64,000 nt of DNA from assembly GCA_963702435.1 (NCBI GenBank), contig CAVPCR010000001.1:288001-352000 (forward strand), in the 5' to 3' direction. The DNA is from Candidatus Eiseniibacteriota bacterium (lineage in GTDB: Bacteria; Eisenbacteria; RBG-16-71-46; CAVPCR01). Of this stretch, positions 38,782 to 48,255 are shown in pieces; the first letter of the stretch is position 1, and each line of letters opens with the position of its first letter. The position numbers and the translations under genes were made by a program. The notes beneath the pieces were generated by a model that made no database searches, was not told the DNA's origin, and saw nothing but the letters and a program-made list of their open reading frames with translations.

Positions 38782-38931
38782 GGCGGCGATCCCTCTTCCG
38801 CTTGCGGGGCGCCCGCGGGGGCTCCCCCTTCCTGGTCAGCCGGGCCGTTCATCGGCCCGGACCGGACGCGACCGGCCGGGGCGTAGCCGCGCGTCCCGCC
38901 CGGACCCCAAGGTCCGGGGCAAGGCTCCATC

Positions 38932-38971
38932 GGGTGCGAGAAGGCGCGAACAGGTGCGAACAGGTGCGAAC
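38932..38971. repeat. 10-bp period direct repeat, 4 copies (aggtgcgaac), in the tol-pal leader
   Basis: gggtgcgaga aggcgcgaac aggtgcgaac aggtgcgaac. Confidence 0.8.
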
Positions 38972-39150
38972 GATCCTGGTCGTCGCAAGGACAGCCCGCC
39001 GCTCGAGCGTCCACGAGGGCCGAGCGCTCTCCGTACGGGGCTGTCGCCGGCGGGCCGGGGCTGCCCGCCTCTTCGAGTCCAAGTGTCCGTGATGGCTGCA
39101 AGTTACGTCGAATGCAGCGGGACGGTGGGGCACTGACGAATCCGCGCCGG

Positions 39151-39180
39151 AGGCTACACGACCGGGCGGGAAGCGGTCAA
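39151..39180 (-). promoter_or_regulatory. sigma70-type promoter candidate for the tol-pal operon
   Basis: TTGACC-18 nt-TAGCCT on the minus strand. Confidence 0.5.
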
Positions 39181-39209
39181 GAGCTGACCGCCGCCGGGGC
39201 GCGGCCGGC

Positions 39210-40895
39210 TCACCCCTTGAGAACCCCCAAGGGCCTGAGCTGAGCCACTTTACGGCCGATGCCCGCGCCGTCCACGGCGTCCACGACGTCCGCCACATCC
39301 TTATAGGCTTCCGGTATCTCCTCCGCGATGGTCGCGTAGCTTGCGCCCCGCACCTCGATCCCGCGCTCGCGGAACTCCCGCTGGAGCTCCCGGCCGCGGG
39401 CCTCGTGGCGGGCCGCGTTGCGCGACATTCGCCGGCCGGCGCCGTGGCAGGTCGAACCGAAGGACTCGCGGAAGGCGCCCTCGGTTCCGGCGAGGACATA
39501 GGAGTACCGCCCCATGTCCCCCGGGATCAGCACCGGCTGGCCCGTCGTTCGATACACCGGAGGGAGCTCCGGGTGTCCCGGCGGAAAGGCGCGGGTCGCG
39601 CCCTTCCGGTGCACGCAGAGGCGGCGCCGCACACCGCCCACCTCGTGCTCCTCGATCTTCGCGATGTTGTGCGCGACGTCGTAGACGAGACGGAGTCCGA
39701 GCTCCGGTGCACGCTTCTTGAAGACCTGCTGGAGCGTCTCGCGCACGCGGTGCGCCATCATCTGGCGGTTGGCGAAGGCGTAGTTGGCGGCCGCGTTCAT
39801 GGCCGCGAGGTAGCGCGTCGCCTCGTCGGAGCCGAGCGGCGCGCAGGCGAGCTGGCGGTCGGGCAGCTCGATTCCGTACTTGCGCGCGGCGCGGAGCATC
39901 ACCTGGAGGAAGTCGTCGCACACCTGGTAGCCGAGCCCGCGCGATCCCGAGTGGATGAACACGGTCATGTGATCGCGGAGGAGACCGAAGGCGCCGGCGA
40001 GCTCCTCGTCGTAGATCTCGGCGACGTAGCCGACCTCGATGAAGTGGTTCCCGGAGCCCACCGTGCCGAGCTGGGCGCGGCCGCGCTCGATCGCGCGCTC
40101 GGAGACCTGGCCGGGATCGGCGCCGGGGAGGCGGCCGCCGGCTTCGATGCGCTCGAGATCCTCGGCGAGCCCGTGCCCCTCCTCGACCGCCCACGCCGCG
40201 CCGCGGGTGAGCACCGCCGCCACCTCGCGCGGACCGAGCTTGTCGCGATAGCCGTGGCCGACACCGGCCGGGATCGAGCGCTGGATCTCGTCCATGAGCG
40301 GCGCGATGACGCGGGCGACTTCGTCCTTGTGCACGTCCGAGCGGAGGAGGCGGACGCCGCAGTTGATGTCGAAGCCGACGCCGCCCGGGGACACCACGCC
40401 GCCCTGGTCGGGATCGAAGGCGGCGACTCCGCCGATCGCGAAGCCGTAGCCCCAGTGGATGTCGGGCATGCCGATCGAATGCCCGACGATGCCGGGGAGG
40501 GTCGCCACATTGGCGACCTGGGTCACGGCCTCGTCACCGCCCATCGCGCGCACGAGCTTCTCGGTCGCGAACACGAGCCCGTCGACGCGCATGGCGCCCT
40601 GGCGCGGGATTCGCCAGCGGAAATCGTCGAGGCGCTCGAGGACCGGCTTCATCCCCGCGCCCGGCTGGCCCACCGGGCCGCGCTCGCGGCGCTGGCCGCC
40701 ATCGCCCTGCAGTCCGCGCTCGCCGGGCTCGTGGCGCTGGTGCTGTCCGCGCTCGCCGGGCTCGTGGCGCTGGTGCTCTCCGCGCTCGCCGTTCCCACCG
40801 TGCTGTCCGCGCTCGCCGTTCCCACCGTGCCCGCCGCGCTTTCCTTTCCCGGTCCCGTTCCGGCGGCTCTTCCCTGGCTCGCGCATCCGGCTCAT
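39210..40895 (-). CDS. rtcB: RNA ligase RtcB (archaeal-like long form) with a low-complexity N-terminal extension; alternative start at 40652
   Basis: MPDIHWGYGFAIGG, GVGFDINCGVR, LGTVGSGNHFIE, HSGSRGLG, HRKGATRA, STCHGAGR, EEIPEAYK. Confidence 0.95.
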   Translation of the reverse strand: MSRMREPGKSRRNGTGKGKRGGHGGNGERGQHGGNGERGEHQRHEPGERGQHQRHEPGERGLQGDGGQRRERGPVGQPGAGMKPVLERLDDFRWRIPRQGAMRVDGLVFATEKLVRAMGGDEAVTQVANVATLPGIVGHSIGMPDIHWGYGFAIGGVAAFDPDQGGVVSPGGVGFDINCGVRLLRSDVHKDEVARVIAPLMDEIQRSIPAGVGHGYRDKLGPREVAAVLTRGAAWAVEEGHGLAEDLERIEAGGRLPGADPGQVSERAIERGRAQLGTVGSGNHFIEVGYVAEIYDEELAGAFGLLRDHMTVFIHSGSRGLGYQVCDDFLQVMLRAARKYGIELPDRQLACAPLGSDEATRYLAAMNAAANYAFANRQMMAHRVRETLQQVFKKRAPELGLRLVYDVAHNIAKIEEHEVGGVRRRLCVHRKGATRAFPPGHPELPPVYRTTGQPVLIPGDMGRYSYVLAGTEGAFRESFGSTCHGAGRRMSRNAARHEARGRELQREFRERGIEVRGASYATIAEEIPEAYKDVADVVDAVDGAGIGRKVAQLRPLGVLKG

Positions 40896-41162
40896 GAGAC
40901 GCCTCCACGATCGGGACCGTCTGCCGGTCCTCTCCAGCGGGCCTGCCACCGGCGGGCAGCGTCGGACGGAGACACTGACTCGATGACACACCGATTCGGA
41001 AGCGGGACGCCCCGATGTACTTGTCGCGGTCGAGTCTACCACGAGAGGCGACCAGTCGGCCGCGCCGCCACGGCGGCAACGCAAGCTCTGCACAGCAATT
41101 GCGGCCCGGAATTGCGTCCGCCGGCGCACGGCCGGCGATTGGCCCATTTCTTGATGCCGATC

Positions 41163-41178
41163 AGGCACGAGAGTTGCT
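41163..41178 (+). promoter_or_regulatory. sigma54 promoter candidate for the hox operon
   Basis: AGGCACG-AGAG-TTGCT; a weaker TGGCCC-N5-TTGA lies just upstream and a TATACT at 41223. Confidence 0.55.
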
Positions 41179-41316
41179 GAGAGTCGCGTGCTTGCCCGGG
41201 TGCCTGATCGCGCGCCGTGCGCTATACTCCGCGCGCGCGCCGCAGGGCGCGCGCGCCGCAGGATATGATGGGGCGAAGGATCGCCCAGGATGGGCAGTCC
41301 CGGCCCGAGGTACGAC

Positions 41317-43125
41317 ATGACCGCCTCCGTGCAGAGCGTTGTCAAAGAGGTCTGCCGGTCCTTCGACAACGACGCGAACCGGCTCATGGACGTGGCGCGC
41401 GAGGTCCAGACACAGTGCGGCTGCGTCTCCCCTGAAGCGATCGACGAGATTCACCGCGCACTCTCGGTGCCGCGCCTCACGGTGCAGAGCCTCGTCTCCT
41501 TCTACGCGTTCCTCTCCGAGAAACCAAAGGGACAGGTCGTCATCCGGCTCTGCGACGACGTCGTCGACCGGCTCTCCGGATACGACCGCGTGGCGCGCGC
41601 GTTCTCGGAGGAGCTCGGCATCCGGCTCGGGGAGACGACCCCCGACGGCGCGATCACGCTCGAACGCACCGCGTGCATCGGGATGAGCGACCAGGCGCCG
41701 GCCGCGCTCGTGAACGACGTCGTGCTGACCGAGATGTCGAGCGACAAGGCGCGCGAGGTCGTCGCCGAGCTCCGCGCGCACATGACCCCGGAGCGCCTGG
41801 TCAAGAAGCTCGGCGACGGCAACAACGCCCACTTCCTCGTTCGCTCGATGGTGAAGAACCACATCCGCAAGGCGGGCCCCATCGTCCTCACCGAGCCGGT
41901 CCGCGGCGAGGCGATCCACAAGGCGGCGGCGATGAGCCCCAAGGAGGTGATCAACGCCGTCAAGACGGCCCGCCTCCGCGGCCGCGGCGGCGCCGGCTTC
42001 CCGACCGGGATGAAACTGGAGTTCGCGCGCGGCGCGCCGGCCGATCGCAAGTTCGTCGTCTGCAACGCGGACGAGGGCGAGCCTGGCACCTTCAAGGATC
42101 GGGTCCTCTTGACCGAGCTCCCGGATCGCGTCTTCGCCGGCATGACGATCGCGGGTTACGCCATCGGCGCCAGGGAAGGGATCCTCTACCTCCGCGGCGA
42201 GTACGAGTACCTGAGGGTGTTTCTCGAGGACGTGCTGGCACGACGGCGCGCCGACGGATTGCTCGGGAAGAGCATCGCGGCGCGGCACTCGTTCGACTTC
42301 GACATCCGCATCCAGATGGGAGCCGGGGCCTATGTCTGCGGGGAGGAGACGGCGCTCCTCAACTCATGCGAGGGCTTGCGCGGCGACCCCCGCAACCGGC
42401 CGCCGTTCCCGGCCCAGCGCGGCTACCTCGGCTTCCCGACGGTCGTCAACAACGTCGAGACGCTCGCCTGCGTGACCCGCATCCTCGAGGCCGGTCCCGC
42501 CACCTTCTCCGACTACGGCACGGTGCAGAGCTCAGGCACCAAGCTGCTCAGCATCTCCGGGGACGTGCGCCAGGCGGGGGTCTACGAGGTGCCGTTCGGG
42601 GTGACGGTGCGCGAGGTGCTCGACATGGCAAGCGCCGGCGATCCGATCGCGGTCCAGATGGGCGGGCCGAGCGGCCGCATGATCGGCCCGGCGGACTTCG
42701 ACCGCAAGATCTGCTTCGACGACCTGGCCACGGGCGGGGCCTTTGTGGTGTTCGGCCCCGGCCGGAACCCGATCGAGATCGCCCGCATGTACATGGAGTT
42801 CTTCGCGGACGAGAGCTGTGGCTACTGCACGCCCTGCCGGGTGGGCAATGTGCTGCTGCGCCGCGGTCTCGAGCGGGTCCTCGCCGGTCGCGGCGAGCCG
42901 AGCGATCTCGTCCAGTTCGAGGAGATCGCCCGCACCATGAAGGCCGCCAGCCGCTGCGGCCTCGGGCAGACTTCTTTCAACCCGGTCCTGACCTCGCTCG
43001 CGAACTTCCGGCCGCTCTACGACGCGCTGGTCCAGGAGCATCCGCAGAAGTTCCGCCGGTCGTTCGACCTCGGGGTCGCGACCGCCGAGGCGACGCGGAT
43101 CCGCGCGGGAGACGGCAATGGGTGA
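41317..43125 (+). CDS. hoxF: NAD-reducing hydrogenase diaphorase large subunit (NuoE-NuoF fusion)
   Basis: LRGRGGAGFPTG, CNADEGEPGTFKDR, GAGAYVCGEET, ESCGYCTPCRVG...CGLG. Confidence 0.92.
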   Translation: MTASVQSVVKEVCRSFDNDANRLMDVAREVQTQCGCVSPEAIDEIHRALSVPRLTVQSLVSFYAFLSEKPKGQVVIRLCDDVVDRLSGYDRVARAFSEELGIRLGETTPDGAITLERTACIGMSDQAPAALVNDVVLTEMSSDKAREVVAELRAHMTPERLVKKLGDGNNAHFLVRSMVKNHIRKAGPIVLTEPVRGEAIHKAAAMSPKEVINAVKTARLRGRGGAGFPTGMKLEFARGAPADRKFVVCNADEGEPGTFKDRVLLTELPDRVFAGMTIAGYAIGAREGILYLRGEYEYLRVFLEDVLARRRADGLLGKSIAARHSFDFDIRIQMGAGAYVCGEETALLNSCEGLRGDPRNRPPFPAQRGYLGFPTVVNNVETLACVTRILEAGPATFSDYGTVQSSGTKLLSISGDVRQAGVYEVPFGVTVREVLDMASAGDPIAVQMGGPSGRMIGPADFDRKICFDDLATGGAFVVFGPGRNPIEIARMYMEFFADESCGYCTPCRVGNVLLRRGLERVLAGRGEPSDLVQFEEIARTMKAASRCGLGQTSFNPVLTSLANFRPLYDALVQEHPQKFRRSFDLGVATAEATRIRAGDGNG

Positions 43126-43831
43126 TGGACTGAGCTTCATTCTGGACGGCAAGGAGATCGCGGCGGAGCCGGGCGAGACGATCATCCAGGCGGCGGACCG
43201 GGCCGGCGCGTACATTCCCCGACTCTGTCACCTGCCGGGTCTCGAACCGTTCGGGGGCTGCCGCGTGTGCACGGTCAAGGCCAACGGCCGCCTGGTCGCC
43301 GCCTGCACGTCCCCGGTCAGCCCGGGCATGGTCGTCGAGAACGACACCGCGGAGCTGAACGCCCACCGCAAGGTGCTCCTCGAGATGCTGTTCGTCGAGG
43401 GCAACCACTTCTGCATGTCGTGCGAGAAGAGCGGCAACTGCGAGCTCCAGGCCCTGGGGTACCGCTTCGCGATCTCCGCCCCGCGTTTCGAGTTCCAGTT
43501 CCCGATCCGGGACGTCGACGCCTCCCACCCGGACATCTGGATCGACCACAACCGGTGCATTCTCTGCGCGCGCTGCGTGCGCACGTCGCGGGATCTGGAC
43601 AAGAAGGGCGTCTTCGGCTTCGTCGGGCGCGGATCGCACAAGAAGATCGCGGTCAGCTCCGGGGCGCGGCTCCGGGACACCGACGCCGACGTCACCGATC
43701 AGGCCATCGCCGCCTGCCCGGTGGGAGCGCTGCTCGAGAAGCGGGTGGGGTTCGCGGTCCCCGTGGGGCAGCGGCTCTACGACAGGACGCCGATCGGCAC
43801 CGCCGTCGCGGATGAGGAGAAGCCACGATGA
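43118..43831 (+). CDS. hoxU: NAD-reducing hydrogenase Fe-S subunit
   Basis: IPRLC...GGCRVC...AC, HFCMSCEKSGNC, CILCARCVR, CPVGAL. Confidence 0.92.
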   Translation: MGDGLSFILDGKEIAAEPGETIIQAADRAGAYIPRLCHLPGLEPFGGCRVCTVKANGRLVAACTSPVSPGMVVENDTAELNAHRKVLLEMLFVEGNHFCMSCEKSGNCELQALGYRFAISAPRFEFQFPIRDVDASHPDIWIDHNRCILCARCVRTSRDLDKKGVFGFVGRGSHKKIAVSSGARLRDTDADVTDQAIAACPVGALLEKRVGFAVPVGQRLYDRTPIGTAVADEEKPR

Positions 43832-44373
43832 CCAAGCCCAGGATCGCCACGACGTCGCTCTGCGGCTGCTTCGGCTGTCACATGTCGCTCCTCGACATCG
43901 ACGAGCGGATCCTCCAGCTCGCCGAGATCGTCGAGTTCGACAGGTCGCCGATCAACGACTTCAAGGACTTCACCGCACGCTGCGCGGTCGGACTGATCGA
44001 GGGCGGTTGCGCCAACGAGGAGAACGTCCACGTGCTGCGCCGCTTCCGCGAGCAATGTGATGTTCTCGTCTCGGTCGGGGACTGCGCCACGACCGGTGGC
44101 ATCCCCGCGCTCCGGAACATGGTCCCCCTCGAGGAGTGTCTCGAGGAGGCCTACTTGCGCGGGCCGTCCGTGCACAATCCGAGCGGGCTCATCCCGAACG
44201 ACCCGGAGATCCCGCTCCTCCTCGACAAGGTCTATCCGGCCCACGAGGTGGTCAAGATCGACTATCACCTGCCGGGGTGTCCGCCCAGCGCGGATACCCT
44301 GTGGAAGGCACTCACGGCGCTGCTCGGCGGAAAGGCCGTCGAACTTCCGTACGAGCTCATCAAGTACGACTGA
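43828..44373 (+). CDS. hoxY: [NiFe]-hydrogenase small subunit
   Basis: CGCFGCHMSLLD, VGDCATTGG, PGCPP. Confidence 0.92.
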   Translation: MTKPRIATTSLCGCFGCHMSLLDIDERILQLAEIVEFDRSPINDFKDFTARCAVGLIEGGCANEENVHVLRRFREQCDVLVSVGDCATTGGIPALRNMVPLEECLEEAYLRGPSVHNPSGLIPNDPEIPLLLDKVYPAHEVVKIDYHLPGCPPSADTLWKALTALLGGKAVELPYELIKYD

Positions 44374-44381
44374 GGTCTCGG

Positions 44382-45821
44382 ATGACAGCGAACAACGGTA
44401 CACGGGTCGTCATCGAGCCGCTCACCCGCGTCGAGGGTCACGGCAAGGTCACCATCCTGCTCGATGACGCCGGTCACGTCACGCAGGCGCGGCTGCACAT
44501 CGTCGAGTTCCGCGGGTTCGAGCGCTTCATCCAGGGGCGTCCCTACTGGGAGATGCCGGTCGCGGTGCAACGTCTCTGCGGCATCTGTCCGGTGAGCCAT
44601 CACCTGTGCGCGGCCAAGGCGGTCGACCGCCTCGTGGGCGGTGAGAAGCTCACCCCCACCGCCGAGAAGATGCGCCGGCTGATGCACTACGGGCAGATGC
44701 TGCAATCCCACGCCCTGCACTTCTTCCACCTGGCGTCCCCTGACCTCCTCTTCGGTTTCGGCTCCGACCCCGCCGCGCGCAATGTCCTCGGCGTCGCCGC
44801 CAAGCACCCCGAGCTGGCGCGCCAGGGCATCCTGATGCGCAAGTACGGCCAGGAGATCATCCAGGCGACTGCGGGGAAGAAGATCCACGGCACGGGCGCG
44901 ATCCCCGGCGGCATCAACAAGAACCTGAGCATCGCGGAGCGGGACGCGCTCCTCGGCGGCCTCGCGCCGATGCCGGAGTGGGCGCGAACCGCGGTCAAGC
45001 TCGCGCGCGACTACACGCTCGCGCACCGGAAAGAGCTCGGCGAGTTCGGCGCCTTCCGCTCGAATCACCTGTCGATCGTGCGCCAGGACGGGGCGATGGA
45101 CCTCTACGACGGCGGCCTGCGCGCGGTGGACCCCGACGGCAAGATCATCTTCGACCACGTCGATCCGCAGCGCTACCTCGACTACCTCTCCGAGGAGGTG
45201 CGGCCGTGGTCCTACATGAAGTTCCCGTTCATTCGCTCGCTCGGCCCGGAGAACGGCTGGTACCGGGTGGGTCCGCTCGCGCGGGTGAGCGCCTGCGATT
45301 TCATCGACACGCCGGCGGCCGAGGCCGAGCGGAAGGACTTCAAGGCGCTCGCCGGCGGCAAGCCGAGCACCCTCACCATGGCCTACCACTGGGCCCGGAT
45401 GATCGAGCTCCTGCACTCGGTCGAGAAGATCGAGGAACTGCTCCACGATCCGGACCTCCAGGGCCAGGACCTGGTGGTGACCGGGACGCGCCGGCGGGAA
45501 GGAGTGGCGGCGATCGAGGCGCCCCGCGGAACGCTCTTCCATCACTATCGCGTGGACGAGAACGACCAGGTGGCCATGGCCAACCTCATCGTCTCGACCA
45601 CCAGCAACAACGAACCGATGAATCGGGCCGTGGAGAGCGTGGCGCGGCAGTTCCTGGACGGGAAGAAGATCACCGAGGGGCTCCTGAACCACGTCGAGGT
45701 GGCGATCCGGGCCTACGATCCCTGCCTCTCCTGCGCCACGCACGCGCTCGGGCAGATGCCGCTGGTCCTCGAGCTGCGCGACGCCGCCGGCAGGATGATC
45801 GACCGGAGAATGAAGGATTGA
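44382..45821 (+). CDS. hoxH: Group 3d [NiFe]-hydrogenase large subunit
   Basis: TRVEGHGK, RGFERF, RLCGICPVSH (L1), EAPRGTLFHHY, DPCLSCATH (L2) with a cleavable tail. Confidence 0.95.
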   Translation: MTANNGTRVVIEPLTRVEGHGKVTILLDDAGHVTQARLHIVEFRGFERFIQGRPYWEMPVAVQRLCGICPVSHHLCAAKAVDRLVGGEKLTPTAEKMRRLMHYGQMLQSHALHFFHLASPDLLFGFGSDPAARNVLGVAAKHPELARQGILMRKYGQEIIQATAGKKIHGTGAIPGGINKNLSIAERDALLGGLAPMPEWARTAVKLARDYTLAHRKELGEFGAFRSNHLSIVRQDGAMDLYDGGLRAVDPDGKIIFDHVDPQRYLDYLSEEVRPWSYMKFPFIRSLGPENGWYRVGPLARVSACDFIDTPAAEAERKDFKALAGGKPSTLTMAYHWARMIELLHSVEKIEELLHDPDLQGQDLVVTGTRRREGVAAIEAPRGTLFHHYRVDENDQVAMANLIVSTTSNNEPMNRAVESVARQFLDGKKITEGLLNHVEVAIRAYDPCLSCATHALGQMPLVLELRDAAGRMIDRRMKD

Positions 45822-46306
45822 CGACCCGCGTGCTGGTTTACGGTTACGGCAATCCGGGCCGGCGCGACGACGGCCTCGGGCCGGCGCTGGTTCGCGACCT
45901 TTCTGCGGGGGGGCTGGGGGTCTCCGTCACGCTGGAGACCGGCTACCAGCTGCAGATCGAGGATGCCGCGCTCGTCGCCGAGCACGACGTGGTCGTGTTC
46001 GCCGACGCGGATCGCGCGGGCCGGGAACCCTTCGCGCTCTGCCGGATCGAGCCGCGGCACGCCGCCGCGTTCACGACGCATGCGGTCGCTCCCGAGGCGG
46101 TCCTTGCGCTGGCCCACGAGCACTTCGGCGGCCGGACCACGGGGTTCGTCCTCGGGATCCGTGGCTACGATTTCGAGGACTTCGGCGAGGCATTGTCGCC
46201 GGACGCGCGGCGCAATCTCGCCGCCGCGGTCGACTACATGGATCGCGCCTTGCGGGACGGCACGTTCGCCGGTGAAGCAGCCGTCACCGCCGACCAGGAG
46301 AGGTGA
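45818..46306 (+). CDS. hoxW: Hydrogenase maturation protease
   Basis: TTG start overlapping the hoxH stop; GYGNPGRRDDGLG, VVFADA, FTTH. Confidence 0.88.
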   Translation: MTTRVLVYGYGNPGRRDDGLGPALVRDLSAGGLGVSVTLETGYQLQIEDAALVAEHDVVVFADADRAGREPFALCRIEPRHAAAFTTHAVAPEAVLALAHEHFGGRTTGFVLGIRGYDFEDFGEALSPDARRNLAAAVDYMDRALRDGTFAGEAAVTADQER

Positions 46307-46311
46307 TTGCG

Positions 46312-46689
46312 ATGTCCGAGGGCAAGCCGGTCATCATGTACGTGGACGATGACCCCGACTACCGTGAGGTCGTGCGCACCCTGCTCGAGAACAACGGCTA
46401 CGAGGTGACGGAGGCGGCGAGCGGCGAGGAGGGGATCGAGCTGTTCAAGAAGAAGCGGCCCGATCTGGTGATCGTCGACCTCATGATGGAGGAAGTCGAC
46501 AGCGGCACGAGTTTCGTCAAGGAGCTCCGGCTCCTGGGGAACACCGCACCGATCTTCATGCTGAGCTCCGTCGGCGAGAACCTGAGTCTCGCCGCGGACC
46601 CCCTGGCCCTGGGGCTCGCCGGCGTGTTCCAGAAGCCGATCGACAGCGCCACCCTGCTCGGAGTCCTGAAGGCCCGATTGGGCCGCTAG
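46312..46689 (+). CDS. Single-domain response regulator (receiver only)
   Basis: YVDDD, PDLVIVDLMM, KPID. Confidence 0.9.
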   Translation: MSEGKPVIMYVDDDPDYREVVRTLLENNGYEVTEAASGEEGIELFKKKRPDLVIVDLMMEEVDSGTSFVKELRLLGNTAPIFMLSSVGENLSLAADPLALGLAGVFQKPIDSATLLGVLKARLGR

Positions 46690-46772
46690 CGGCGGACCGG
46701 CGCGTTCCATCCGCCGTTCCGTCCGCCGCCCGTTGCCGGGCGCGGCGGGAGCGGCGGGAGCGGCCCACACGC

Positions 46773-48167
46773 TCACTCGTGCAGCGCGGGAAGCTCCACG
46801 AAGAAGGTGCTGCCCTTCCCGACCTCGCTCTCGACCCCGGTCCGACCGCCGTGGGCGAGGATGATGCGCCGCACGATCGAGAGTCCCAGGCCGCTGCCCT
46901 TCGCCTTGGCCGCACCGCCGCCCTGCCCCGGGATCCGCACGAACTCCTGGAAGAGCCGCGCCTGATCCTCCTTGGCGATCCCGATCCCGTTGTCGTTCAC
47001 CTCGACCCGCACCACCGGCGGCTGGGAGAGGAGGCGGACCACGATCTCGCCGCCGTCCGGCGTGTAATTGATCGCGTTCGTGATGTAGTTGACGATCGCT
47101 TCCTGCAGCAGGCGCGCGTGGCCGACCACGGGCGGCACCGCCCCGGGAATCTCCAGCCGGAGCGTGTGCCCGTGCGCCTCGGCGACGTCGGTGTAGTCCT
47201 CGACCAGGCGGGTGACGATCGGGGCCAGGTCGACGCTGGTGAACTCGGTGTTGATGATGTTGGATTCCAGCAGCGACAGGGTCTGGATGTTGATCATGAA
47301 CTCGGTGAGATCCCCGAGCCGTTTCAGGCTCCGGTCGAGCCAGTCGCGCTGCTTCTCGGTGATCGCGCCCGCCGCGCCTTCCCGCATGTTCTCGAGCAGC
47401 ATGCTCACGGCGCCGACCGGCGCCCTGAGGTTGTGAGCCGCGATGTGGAGGAAGTCCTTCCGCTGCTGGGACAGGCGGCGCAGCTCGTCGTTGGCGAGGA
47501 GGATCCGGCGCTCCACGCTGCGCAGGGAACGGGTCAACCCGAGCAGCAGGAACACGCTGAGCGCGAAGAGCATCCCGTAGACGATGACGAGCGTGAGCGC
47601 GTAGATCCCGGTGAGGGGCCCCTCCCCCGCCGCGGCCCCGACGCGCAGCGGCGGCGTCGCGAGCCCCGACCACTCGACGCCGACGAGGAGCACGAACAGG
47701 GAATAGGCGAGCGCCGAGAGCGCGATGGCCGCCCGGCGTGAGAGCAGGATGCAGCTCACCATCATGTGCAGCAGGTAGAAGGCGGTGAACGGGGAGCGGC
47801 CGCCCCCGACGAGCCATACGGCTGCGGTGAGCGACAGGAAGTCGAGGATCACCGCGCCGTAGGTGACGGCCAGGAGACCGGTCGATACCGACACGTCGGG
47901 GTCCCGGTACCGGCGAAAGAAGAACCACGCCGCGCAGTTGTAGAGAGCGATGAAGCCGGCGAGGCAGGTGAACCCCACGACGTCGAACCGCTGCATGCCG
48001 AGCGCGTAGCGCGCGAAGATGGCGGCGACGACGATGGCCATGGCCACCCGGGTGCGCACCCGGGTGTAGATGTAGAAGCTCTGACCGATCAGCGCGCTGT
48101 GATCCGGGAAACCGGAGGTCGCTAAATCAGCCGCACTCTCCCCGGAGCGATCGGGATGCTTCTTCAT
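46773..48167 (-). CDS. Membrane sensor histidine kinase
   Basis: 5-6 TM helices; AHNLRAP H-box, NAINYT, DNGIGI, GSGLGLSI, GKGSTF. Confidence 0.92.
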   Translation of the reverse strand: MKKHPDRSGESAADLATSGFPDHSALIGQSFYIYTRVRTRVAMAIVVAAIFARYALGMQRFDVVGFTCLAGFIALYNCAAWFFFRRYRDPDVSVSTGLLAVTYGAVILDFLSLTAAVWLVGGGRSPFTAFYLLHMMVSCILLSRRAAIALSALAYSLFVLLVGVEWSGLATPPLRVGAAAGEGPLTGIYALTLVIVYGMLFALSVFLLLGLTRSLRSVERRILLANDELRRLSQQRKDFLHIAAHNLRAPVGAVSMLLENMREGAAGAITEKQRDWLDRSLKRLGDLTEFMINIQTLSLLESNIINTEFTSVDLAPIVTRLVEDYTDVAEAHGHTLRLEIPGAVPPVVGHARLLQEAIVNYITNAINYTPDGGEIVVRLLSQPPVVRVEVNDNGIGIAKEDQARLFQEFVRIPGQGGGAAKAKGSGLGLSIVRRIILAHGGRTGVESEVGKGSTFFVELPALHE

Positions 48168-48255
48168 TTCGCGGCAAGAATACCAGTGAGGCCGATCGAG
48201 GGAAAGGCCGCCCGCGCCGCGGCCACTGCCCGCCGCCCCCTGACTCCCTCGCTCC

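Noticed and set aside
38890..39125. 6S RNA in the tol-pal leader
   Set aside because: Only short terminal complementarity; I could not build the long rod with a central bubble, and the usual 6S gene context is absent.
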